Below are positions 56,422 through 64,000 of a stretch of DNA of 64,000 nucleotides, in pieces (position 1 is the first letter of the stretch; every line of letters starts with the position of its first letter). Origin of the DNA: an uncultured Collinsella sp. (GTDB lineage Bacteria; Actinomycetota; Coriobacteriia; Coriobacteriales; Coriobacteriaceae). The notes beneath the pieces were generated by a model. That model made no database searches. It worked only from the letters and a program-made list of their open reading frames with translations, and was not told the DNA's origin. The position numbers and the translations under genes were made by a program. The stretch spans positions 4,000 to 67,999 of the forward strand of contig CABSDO010000001.1 of the NCBI GenBank assembly GCA_902476475.1. The letters run 5' to 3'.

Positions 56422-57873
56422 GTGGCAGGCTGGAATCTGACCGGCAATACCGTTTCCGCCGAGTTCGACGGATCGGATGAGCAGGAGCGCAAAGAGCTCA
56501 GCGTGAGCCAAGCGGTGGAGATCGCCGCCGGCGCACTCGACGCCATTCCGCAGCTGAGCGTTTTGGGTGAGGTCACGGGTTTTCGTGGTCCCAATGCCCG
56601 AAGCGGCCACTGCTACTTCCAGATTAAAGACGACTCGGCCGCCGTCGACTGCATCATCTGGAAGGGCGCCTATCTCAAGCGTACCTTCGATCTGCGTGAC
56701 GGCATGCAGGTGAGCTTTAAGGGCAGCTTCAACCTCTATAAGGCCACAGGACGCATGAGCTTTGTCGCTCGCTCGTTTTCGCTGGCGGGGGAGGGTCTGC
56801 TGCGTCAACAAGTGGCGCAACTGGCCGAAAAGCTACGCCGCGAGGGGTTGATGGACGAGTCCCGTAAACGCCGCATCCCGGTGTTTTGCTCGCGCGTGGC
56901 GGTCGTCACCTCGCTTTCCGGCGCGGTAATCGATGACGTCAAGCGTACGCTGCGCCGTCGCAACCCACTTGTCGAGCTCGTTTGCGTGGGTGCCAAGGTT
57001 CAAGGCGAGGGTGCGCCGGCGGAGCTTATTGAAGGCTTGCGCCGTGCCGCCTCCATCACGCCGGCACCCGATTGCATTTTGCTTGTGCGTGGCGGCGGTT
57101 CCTTCGAGGACCTCATGACCTTCAACGACGAGGAACTTGCTCGCGCGGTGGCGGCTTGTCCTGTGCCCGTGGTGACCGGCATTGGCCATGAGCCCGATAC
57201 CTCGATTTGCGACATGGTGAGCGACCGTCGCGCCTCCACGCCAACGGCAGCGGCAGAATCGGTGGCGCCGGCTATGACGGAGTTGGCCGACGTGCTCGAG
57301 ACGCGCCATCAACGTCTGGGTGCCGCGATGGCTTCGATGATCGGGTCGGATCAGGTCGATCTGGAAATGCTCGACCAGCGCGGTCGTCGTGCCTGGGACA
57401 CCTATACGGCTCGTTTGGGCGATGCGCTCGATGCAGCCGCGCGCCGCCCGTGCCTCAATGACCCAGCGTTTATGGTCGAGCGTCGCGAGTCTGAGCTTGC
57501 CCTGACGGCCGATCGCCTGTCGGGCGCCATAGTACGCTCGGTCGGGACATTCCGCTCCAACTTTGAGCGCCTGCCCGAGCGTCTGGTTGCAAGCACCTCG
57601 GGGCTCGATGGCAAGCGCCATGCGCTCGCGCTTGCGAGTTCCCGTCTGGAGCATCAGGGGCGCACGATGCTCAACAAGCCCGCGTCCGACCTGGGCCGTG
57701 CGGCAGCCTCGCTAGATGCCCTGTCGCCGCTCAAGGTGCTTGCCCGTGGTTATTCCATCGCGTACAGCGATGATGGGGTGGCCACGAGCGCCAAGACCTT
57801 TAAGGCCGGTGACGCCATCCGCGTGCGCATGGCAGACGGCAACGTGACGGCAACGGTCGATACGGTCGAGTAG
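56422..57873 (+). CDS. xseA: Exodeoxyribonuclease VII large subunit
   Basis: SGHCYF..KD, RGGGSFEDL..FN, GIGHE.D, TPTAAAE, LSPL.VL.RGY. Confidence 0.93.
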   Translation: MAGWNLTGNTVSAEFDGSDEQERKELSVSQAVEIAAGALDAIPQLSVLGEVTGFRGPNARSGHCYFQIKDDSAAVDCIIWKGAYLKRTFDLRDGMQVSFKGSFNLYKATGRMSFVARSFSLAGEGLLRQQVAQLAEKLRREGLMDESRKRRIPVFCSRVAVVTSLSGAVIDDVKRTLRRRNPLVELVCVGAKVQGEGAPAELIEGLRRAASITPAPDCILLVRGGGSFEDLMTFNDEELARAVAACPVPVVTGIGHEPDTSICDMVSDRRASTPTAAAESVAPAMTELADVLETRHQRLGAAMASMIGSDQVDLEMLDQRGRRAWDTYTARLGDALDAAARRPCLNDPAFMVERRESELALTADRLSGAIVRSVGTFRSNFERLPERLVASTSGLDGKRHALALASSRLEHQGRTMLNKPASDLGRAAASLDALSPLKVLARGYSIAYSDDGVATSAKTFKAGDAIRVRMADGNVTATVDTVE

Positions 57874-57915
57874 GCCGCGTTTCATAGCGATAAACCTTTA
57901 GGAAAGGAAACAGAT

Positions 57916-58182
57916 ATGGCAGAGAAAACCCCGGTCGAGCAGCTTACGTACAAGCAGGCTTCGCAGGAGTTGGAGCTCATCATCCGCAGCTTGGAGTCGG
58001 GCGATATGGAGCTCGAGGAGTCGCTCGAGAGCTATACCCGCGGCGTCGAGCTCCTCAAGAGCCTGCGCACCCGCCTGTCCGATGCCGAGCAGAAGGTCTC
58101 GGTGCTCCTTAAGGACGTCGATGGCAACGACGTGCTCGCCGACGGCGAGGCTGCCAACACCGACGACAACCTCTCGTTCTAA
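57916..58182 (+). CDS. xseB: Exodeoxyribonuclease VII small subunit
   Basis: ELE.II..LESG...LEESL..Y.RG..L; follows xseA. Confidence 0.92.
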   Translation: MAEKTPVEQLTYKQASQELELIIRSLESGDMELEESLESYTRGVELLKSLRTRLSDAEQKVSVLLKDVDGNDVLADGEAANTDDNLSF

Positions 58183-58231
58183 CCATCCCGGCCAAATATA
58201 ATTACCTTGGTCTGTGAGAAAGGAACCAACC

Positions 58232-58567
58232 ATGTGCGATTGCATCTTCTGCAAAATTGCCAACCACGAGATCCCCTCGACCGTTGTCTATGAGGACGAC
58301 CAGGTCATCGCCTTCGACGACCTCAATCCCCAGGCGCCGGTCCATACGCTCGTGATCCCCAAAAAGCACTACAGCGATATCGCCGATAACGTGCCGGCCG
58401 AGACCATGGGTGCAATGGCTCACGCCATCCAGGAGGTCGCTAAGGCCAAGGGTCTGGAGGACGGCTTCCGCGTCATCTCCAACAAGGGTGCCAACGCCGG
58501 CCAGACCGTCATGCACTTCCACATGCACGTTCTCGGCGGCAAGAACCTGGGCGAGAACCTCATCTGA
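58232..58567 (+). CDS. HIT family nucleotide-binding protein
   Basis: CIFCKI, GQTV.HFHMH. Confidence 0.92.
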   Translation: MCDCIFCKIANHEIPSTVVYEDDQVIAFDDLNPQAPVHTLVIPKKHYSDIADNVPAETMGAMAHAIQEVAKAKGLEDGFRVISNKGANAGQTVMHFHMHVLGGKNLGENLI

Positions 58568-58608
58568 GGGCGCGTAGCCCGTCGACTTGGCTGCCTTTGG
58601 AGTAATCT

Positions 58609-59499
58609 ATGCAGCTTTCTCAACTCGAATACCTTCAAGCGGTAGCGAACTATGGCGGCGTGCGCAAAGCAGCTCGCGCCGTTCACGTGAGTCCGCAGGC
58701 CGTTTCGTCGGCAATAAAAAAGTTGGAATCTGAGTATCAGATTGTTTTGCTCGACCGATCGGCGGGGGAGGCTGTTTTGTCTCCGGCGGGCAGAGAATTT
58801 GCGCGTCGTGCACGCGTGATCCTGGCGCAGGTCGACGATCTCAAAAAGTACGCTCAATCGGGGAACGGCGGCGTTTCGCCCGACGGCCATTTCCGTCTTT
58901 ACGCCCCCTGTCTTCACGGGCGGGGGCGCCTTTTTTCCGAAAACTGGTACGACTCGTTTGAAAGCTCGCACCCTCAGATTCATCTTGATGTGTGGCATCA
59001 GCCAACGGCAACATGCTTTGAATCACTTATACTTGGAATTTCGGACGCGGCTATCTCGTTTGAGGAACCACGGGACAGCGTCCTTTCTTCAAAATATATG
59101 GGTGAAAAGGAGCTCAGGGTTCTTTCGTTCCCAGCGGGTCATCAATCTGTGGGCGCTATGACCATTCGTGAGTTACTGGGCGGCAGGCTCGCTGTTCCCA
59201 TTAATTTGTCACCCTGTCTCAATGCAATCAATCAATGCCCCGAAGCTCAGCTGGTTAATTTCCGCTTTCGCGATGTCGAATACGGAAACAGGGCGCAGGC
59301 TGAGTTTCTTCAAGCCGGGGGATTGATATTGAGTTTTTCTGGCTCTTCTCTCGCATCGGATGGATCGGAAGTGAGCGAGTGCTCCATTGAAGCCTCACAT
59401 GACGTAGCCTTGCCCATCTACTTTTGCTATCGACAAAATGCCTGGACCGATCGACACCAGACGGTATTTCTTCACCTATTGCGTCATCTCGCTTCGTGA
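58609..59499 (+). CDS. LysR family regulator
   Basis: QLEYL..VA..G....AA....VS..AVS.AIKKLE helix-turn-helix. Confidence 0.85.
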   Translation: MQLSQLEYLQAVANYGGVRKAARAVHVSPQAVSSAIKKLESEYQIVLLDRSAGEAVLSPAGREFARRARVILAQVDDLKKYAQSGNGGVSPDGHFRLYAPCLHGRGRLFSENWYDSFESSHPQIHLDVWHQPTATCFESLILGISDAAISFEEPRDSVLSSKYMGEKELRVLSFPAGHQSVGAMTIRELLGGRLAVPINLSPCLNAINQCPEAQLVNFRFRDVEYGNRAQAEFLQAGGLILSFSGSSLASDGSEVSECSIEASHDVALPIYFCYRQNAWTDRHQTVFLHLLRHLAS

Positions 59500-59618
59500 G
59501 GCCATTTGGCCTCGTGGCGTCAAGTGAATGTTGACGCCTTGTAACACATGACTGATGGCTTTGCCCTCATGCTTTTCCAAGATTTCGGTTTGGGTTATTG
59601 GCTCTTGGAGGGCGGAGC

Positions 59619-60779
59619 ATGAAAAATCGTACGATTTTGCTTTATATGATGTTCGTTTTCCTGTCGAACTTCAGCACCATCTTGTATTTTCTAACTGTCT
59701 ACCTTGAGTTCGTCGGGCTTTCGATGGTAGCGATTTCTGGCATGATGATTGCATACCAAGTGAGCAAGTTCATCCTTGAAGTTCCCACTGGCTATATTGC
59801 TGATAGGTTTGGACGAAAGACAAGCGGTCTCGTTGGCGTCGTGGGAATGCTTGGATACTACGCCGCCCTGCTTCTCGTCCGTTCTCCTCTGCTTTTAATC
59901 GGCGCGTTTGCTCTTAAAGGTTTTGCCGTTGCATGTCTGAGCGGATCCATAGAAGCGATTTACATTGACAGCGTCTCTCAGGACCAGCTCATAAGACTTA
60001 ATGTCGTTGAGCGATTTGTTTTCTATGCCTCTTATGCCATCTCCGCTTGCGTGGGCGGTTTCATTTCGTCTGTCGGTGCATATCTCATTGGTCTTTCGGC
60101 AGATATCATCGCAATGGTGTTGACGTTGGTTGTCGTTGTCTGCATTCCTGAGATGCGAAGAGAGGGCACTGCGGCGACACCTGAACGTGGAATGAGCCCG
60201 AAGATGATCGGTGCCGCTATTGCGTGTAATGGTATTCTTCGTTCGGCGTTCATCATGGACTGTTCTCAGGCATTTGCTTTTGTCGCTCTGGAAGATTTTT
60301 TCTCACTGCTGCTCGCAGCCCGTGGAATGGGTGCCGTCGCTTCGGGCATGACCATTGCGGTCCAGCTCCTTGTCTCCGCCTCCATAGGGTTTATCGTGCC
60401 CAGCGTAATTGCTCATGTCGACAAGAGGCTTTTTGCGCGTATTTGCGGCATCATCCGTCTCATTCTAGCTGCTTCGTTTTTAACCCCTTTTATTCCGGTT
60501 GACCTGTTGCCCGTTTTCTATGTGCTGCAGACGGTTGCCTACTCGTTATTTGCTCCGATCAAATACTCAGTTTTTCAAAATGCTGCCGATTCATCGATGC
60601 TCTGTTCGTTGATTTCGGTTCAAAGCCAGATGGTGGCGGTGGGCGCCGTTCTTTTCTATCTGCTCAATGCTGTGTTGAGTAGCGTTGTGGGTATTCGGGT
60701 TGTGCTGCTTGTTGCGCTTGGGATTTCTTCTCTGGCGTATGTCCCCGCGCTATTTCGCCTTACAAGTCGAAGACCATGA
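59619..60779 (+). CDS. MFS transporter
   Basis: EVPTGYIADRFGRK motif A; about 12 hydrophobic segments. Confidence 0.88.
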   Translation: MKNRTILLYMMFVFLSNFSTILYFLTVYLEFVGLSMVAISGMMIAYQVSKFILEVPTGYIADRFGRKTSGLVGVVGMLGYYAALLLVRSPLLLIGAFALKGFAVACLSGSIEAIYIDSVSQDQLIRLNVVERFVFYASYAISACVGGFISSVGAYLIGLSADIIAMVLTLVVVVCIPEMRREGTAATPERGMSPKMIGAAIACNGILRSAFIMDCSQAFAFVALEDFFSLLLAARGMGAVASGMTIAVQLLVSASIGFIVPSVIAHVDKRLFARICGIIRLILAASFLTPFIPVDLLPVFYVLQTVAYSLFAPIKYSVFQNAADSSMLCSLISVQSQMVAVGAVLFYLLNAVLSSVVGIRVVLLVALGISSLAYVPALFRLTSRRP

Positions 60780-60899
60780 GCATGCATGCATCGATAACTT
60801 ATATATCAACGCAATAAACCCGAGCGCGAGGGCGTTTGGGTTTATTATTGAAGCGTATGTAACCTGGCGGCGCCACACCGCCTGTTAGTAGGGAGACAC

Positions 60900-62078
60900 A
60901 TGAACGTTCTGGTCGTCAACGCAGGATCTTCGACCCTTAAGTATCAGGTCATCGATACCAAGTCCCACAAGGTGTCCGCAAAGGGCTCCTGCGAGCGCGT
61001 CTGCTTTACCGGCGGTACCTTTACCCATGCTGCCAACGGCTCCAAGAAGGTGACCGAGAACATCGAGTTCCCCGACCACAAGGTCGCCATCGAGGCTGTC
61101 CTGAAGGACCTCGAGGCTAACGGCGTCAAGATCGAGGGCATTGGCCACCGTATCGTTCAGGGCGGTTGGTACTTTGGCGATTCCTCCCTCGTCGACGAGG
61201 ACGTTCTTGCCAAGATCCGTGAGGTCGCCCCGCTCGCCCCGCTGCACAACAACCCCGAGGCCAACGTTATCGAGTATTGCCTGGAGCAGTATCCCGACCT
61301 GCCCAACGTCACGGTCTACGACACCGCTTTCCACTTCAACATGCCCGAGGTCGCCAAGACCTACGCTCTGCCCAAGGACGTCTGCGACAAGCTGCACATC
61401 CGTAAGTATGGCGCCCACGGCACCAGCTATCGCTACATCTCCAAGAAGGTTGCCGAGATGACCAACGGCGAGGCCCGCAAGGTCGTCGTGTGCCACATCG
61501 GCTCCGGCGCCTCCCTGTGCGCTATCGAGGACGGCAAGTGCATGGACACTACCATGGGCCTCACCCCGCTCGACGGCGTCATGATGGGCACTCGCTGCGG
61601 CTCCATCGACCCGGCTACCGTGTGCTACCTGCAGCGCGAGGGCGGCTACACCTTCGATGAGGTCGACGAGATGATGAACAAGAAGTCCGGCCTCATGGCC
61701 GTGACCGGCGGCAAGACCAACGACTGCCGCAACGTCGAGGAGCTCGCCGCTGCCGGCGACCCCGAGGCTCAGCTCGCCTTCGATATGTTCGTCTACAAGA
61801 TTGCCGCCAAGGCAGCCGAGATGGCAACCTCCATGTGCGGCATGGACACGCTCGTCTTTACCGCCGGTATCGGCGAGCACGCTCCGGCTGTCCGCGCTGG
61901 CGTGGCCGACCGTCTGGCCTTTATGGGCGTCAAGATGGACCATGCCCGCAACGCCCTGCGCGGCGACGGCGCTTGGTGCCTGTCCGCTAAGGATTCCAAG
62001 GTCAAGATCTTCGTCATCCCCACGGATGAAGAGTTCATGATCGCTTCCGACGTTGAGCGCATCGTTAACGGCAAGTAA
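60900..62078 (+). CDS. ackA: Acetate/propionate kinase (paralog 1)
   Basis: NAGSSTLK, GHRIV, APLHN, DTAFH, HGTS, MGLTPLDG, FTAGIGE, TDEE. Confidence 0.9.
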   Translation: MNVLVVNAGSSTLKYQVIDTKSHKVSAKGSCERVCFTGGTFTHAANGSKKVTENIEFPDHKVAIEAVLKDLEANGVKIEGIGHRIVQGGWYFGDSSLVDEDVLAKIREVAPLAPLHNNPEANVIEYCLEQYPDLPNVTVYDTAFHFNMPEVAKTYALPKDVCDKLHIRKYGAHGTSYRYISKKVAEMTNGEARKVVVCHIGSGASLCAIEDGKCMDTTMGLTPLDGVMMGTRCGSIDPATVCYLQREGGYTFDEVDEMMNKKSGLMAVTGGKTNDCRNVEELAAAGDPEAQLAFDMFVYKIAAKAAEMATSMCGMDTLVFTAGIGEHAPAVRAGVADRLAFMGVKMDHARNALRGDGAWCLSAKDSKVKIFVIPTDEEFMIASDVERIVNGK

Positions 62079-62242
62079 TTGATGCAAGGGGAGGGGACTG
62101 GATGGCCTTGTGCCGTTCAGCCCCCTTTTATGCACTTTGAGCGAAGAGTTTAATAGATATTTATTGAATTCTGATAACTTCTTATTAAGGATACGGCCGC
62201 CTTATGGGTTTGCCGACCGTACTGTAATCACGAAGGAGTCTC

Positions 62243-63421
62243 ATGAACGTACTTGTTGTCAACGCCGGCAGCTCGAGCCTTAAATATCAGCTTTTGGATA
62301 CCGATACCCGCGAGGTTTTCGCCAAGGGTAACTGCGAGCGTATCGGCTCGGAGATGGGTATCTTTGGCCATTCCGAGAACGGTGGCGCCAGGCAGACCGA
62401 GGAGATTCCTTTCCCCGACCACCGCTCGGCTATCGCGCGCGTGCTCGAGGCGCTCGAGAAGACCGACTTTACGATCGATGGCATCGGCCACCGCATCGTC
62501 CAGGGCGGCTGGTACTTCGATGATTCCGCGGTCGTCGACGATGAGGTCATGGCTAAGATTCTCGAGGTGGCGCCGCTCGCCCCGCTGCACAACTACGGCG
62601 AGGCCGCAGCGATTGAGTATTGCCGCGAGAAGTATCCAGAGCTGCCCAACGTTGCCGTCTTCGATACCTCGTTCCATATGACCATGCCCGAGGTCGCCTA
62701 CACCTACGCCCTGCCCAAGGACGTGTGCGACAAGTATCACGTGCGCAAGTACGGCGCCCACGGCACGAGTCATCGTTACGAGTGGATGATGGCCAAGGAG
62801 ATCTTGGGTACGCGCTGCCACCGCCTGCTGTCGTGCCACCTGGGCAACGGTGCCTCGCTCGCCGCTATCGAGGACGGCGTGTGCCGCGATACCACCATGG
62901 GCCTCACCCCGCTCGACGGCCTGATGATGGGTACCCGCTGCGGTTCCATCGACCCGGCCACCGTGTGCTACCTGCAGCGCGAGGGCGGCTACAGCTACCA
63001 GGAAGTCGACGACATGATGAACAAGCAGTCCGGCCTGCTTGCCATCTCGGGCATCTCCAACGACGCCCGCGACATTCGCACACGCGCCTCCGAGGGCGAC
63101 GAGCGTTGCCTGCTCGCCTTCGATATGTTCGCCTACAAGGCCATGCAGCAGGCCGGTTCCATGATCGCCTCCATGGCGGGCGTGGATACCATTACCTTCA
63201 CTGCCGGCATCGGCGAGAACGACTGGTCGATCCGCAAGGCCTTCTGCGACTGCTTTGAGTGGCTGGGCGTGCGCATCGACAACAACAAGAACCGCGAGGC
63301 CGTGGGCAACGGCCCGCAGGTCATCAGCGCCGCCGGTTCCGCCGTCACGGTCATGGTCATCCCCACCGACGAGGAATACATGATCGCCCACGACGTCGAG
63401 CGCCTGACCAAGAACAACTAA
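62243..63421 (+). CDS. ackA: Acetate/propionate kinase (paralog 2)
   Basis: Same motif set as 60900..62078; tandem paralog. Confidence 0.9.
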   Translation: MNVLVVNAGSSSLKYQLLDTDTREVFAKGNCERIGSEMGIFGHSENGGARQTEEIPFPDHRSAIARVLEALEKTDFTIDGIGHRIVQGGWYFDDSAVVDDEVMAKILEVAPLAPLHNYGEAAAIEYCREKYPELPNVAVFDTSFHMTMPEVAYTYALPKDVCDKYHVRKYGAHGTSHRYEWMMAKEILGTRCHRLLSCHLGNGASLAAIEDGVCRDTTMGLTPLDGLMMGTRCGSIDPATVCYLQREGGYSYQEVDDMMNKQSGLLAISGISNDARDIRTRASEGDERCLLAFDMFAYKAMQQAGSMIASMAGVDTITFTAGIGENDWSIRKAFCDCFEWLGVRIDNNKNREAVGNGPQVISAAGSAVTVMVIPTDEEYMIAHDVERLTKNN

Positions 63422-63443
63422 CGCGATCGCTTGTGATTGAACG

Positions 63444-63479
63444 AAAGGCCTCCTGAGCAGCAGTTTGGGAGGCCTTTTT
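63444..63479 (+). terminator. Intrinsic terminator
   Basis: AAAGGCCTCCTGAGC..GTTTGGGAGGCCTTTTT. Confidence 0.75.
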
Positions 63480-63498
63480 GCTGGCAGCTGGATTAACG

Positions 63499-63671
63499 GC
63501 GGAAACTCTGTCCCATTCCGAGCGTTAATTCTGGGACACGCTTTCCGCTTGGGGCTGGTTGCGGAAAGTGCGACCCACAATAAAGCAAAATTCCGGTCCA
63601 CAGTTTCCCAAACAGCCCCCAAGCGGAAGTTACATCCCACAATCCGCCTCCAAACCGGGACACACTTTCCG
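63499..63671. repeat. Three degenerate palindromic units with a 62-bp period (BIME/REP-like)
   Basis: GCGGAA...CCCA..GG...TTTCC units start at 63499, 63561 and 63623; linkers TTGGGGCTG and CAGCCCCCAA are mutually inverted. Confidence 0.6.
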
Positions 63672-63833
63672 GTGGGTTAGACACCGAACTTCAGCCAACA
63701 TTTCGGTCCCAAAGTGACCATGGCCAGCAACGCCTGCGCTCCCAGCAACGGCATCCAATCATTCAGGTCTTCAGCTCCAGCTCGTAGCCAAGCCGCCGTC
63801 CACCCCAGATACCCTAATTGCTACGTTGCGGTA

Positions 63834-63964
63834 GAAGGCCGTACGGGCCAACCACTGAAAACAATCCGCAGACCAGAAACGCCCCCGTTCGTAGCTCCGG
63901 AGGAGCAGAACGGGGGCGTTTCATTGGTCGAGGACGTTTTCAGGGGTTGGCCCGTACAGCCTTC
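63834..63964. repeat. Nested inverted-repeat element
   Basis: Outer GTACGGGCCAACCACTGAAAAC / GTTTTCAGGGGTTGGCCCGTAC; inner perfect 15-bp GAAACGCCCCCGTTC / GAACGGGGGCGTTTC. Confidence 0.65.
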
Positions 63965-64000
63965 GGGCGAGTGCGTCCGCTACTCAGCCATCTGAGCCTG

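Noticed and set aside
60885..63640. Long minus-strand ORFs (416 and 470 aa)
   Set aside because: Antisense shadows of the two ackA genes.

Overview
High-GC bacterial chromosome segment. Gene content and codon style suggest a gut Coriobacteriia such as Collinsella, but this is an inference. Most of the window is housekeeping or metabolic: a GntR-regulated fructoselysine/Amadori-type catabolic cluster (5.0-18.0 kb), tatD/tcdA, sdpRI, ettA, nadE, ldh, a lysine-riboswitch-controlled lysA-dapA-dapB-dapH operon, a D-Asp ligase/racemase pair, a Trp-attenuated ECF transporter, rnd, xseAB and two tandem acetate kinases. The standout is the first 4.9 kb. It holds two diverged tandem copies (the second cut by the window edge) of a minus-strand unit: conserved sigma70 promoter, ~310-335 nt structured leader ending in four AGCACATCA-type repeats with identical spacing in both copies, a ~300-aa helical protein of unknown family, a ClpP protease, and a membrane-anchor-less VirD4/TraG-like ATPase. 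No other conjugation genes are visible. Elements absent from the ORF track include a probable LexA-controlled type I toxin-antitoxin locus (~20.0-20.3 kb), a WWW leader peptide, a 30-aa membrane peptide and several MITE/REP-like palindromic elements. No CRISPR array, rRNA, tRNA, transposase or integrase was recognised.
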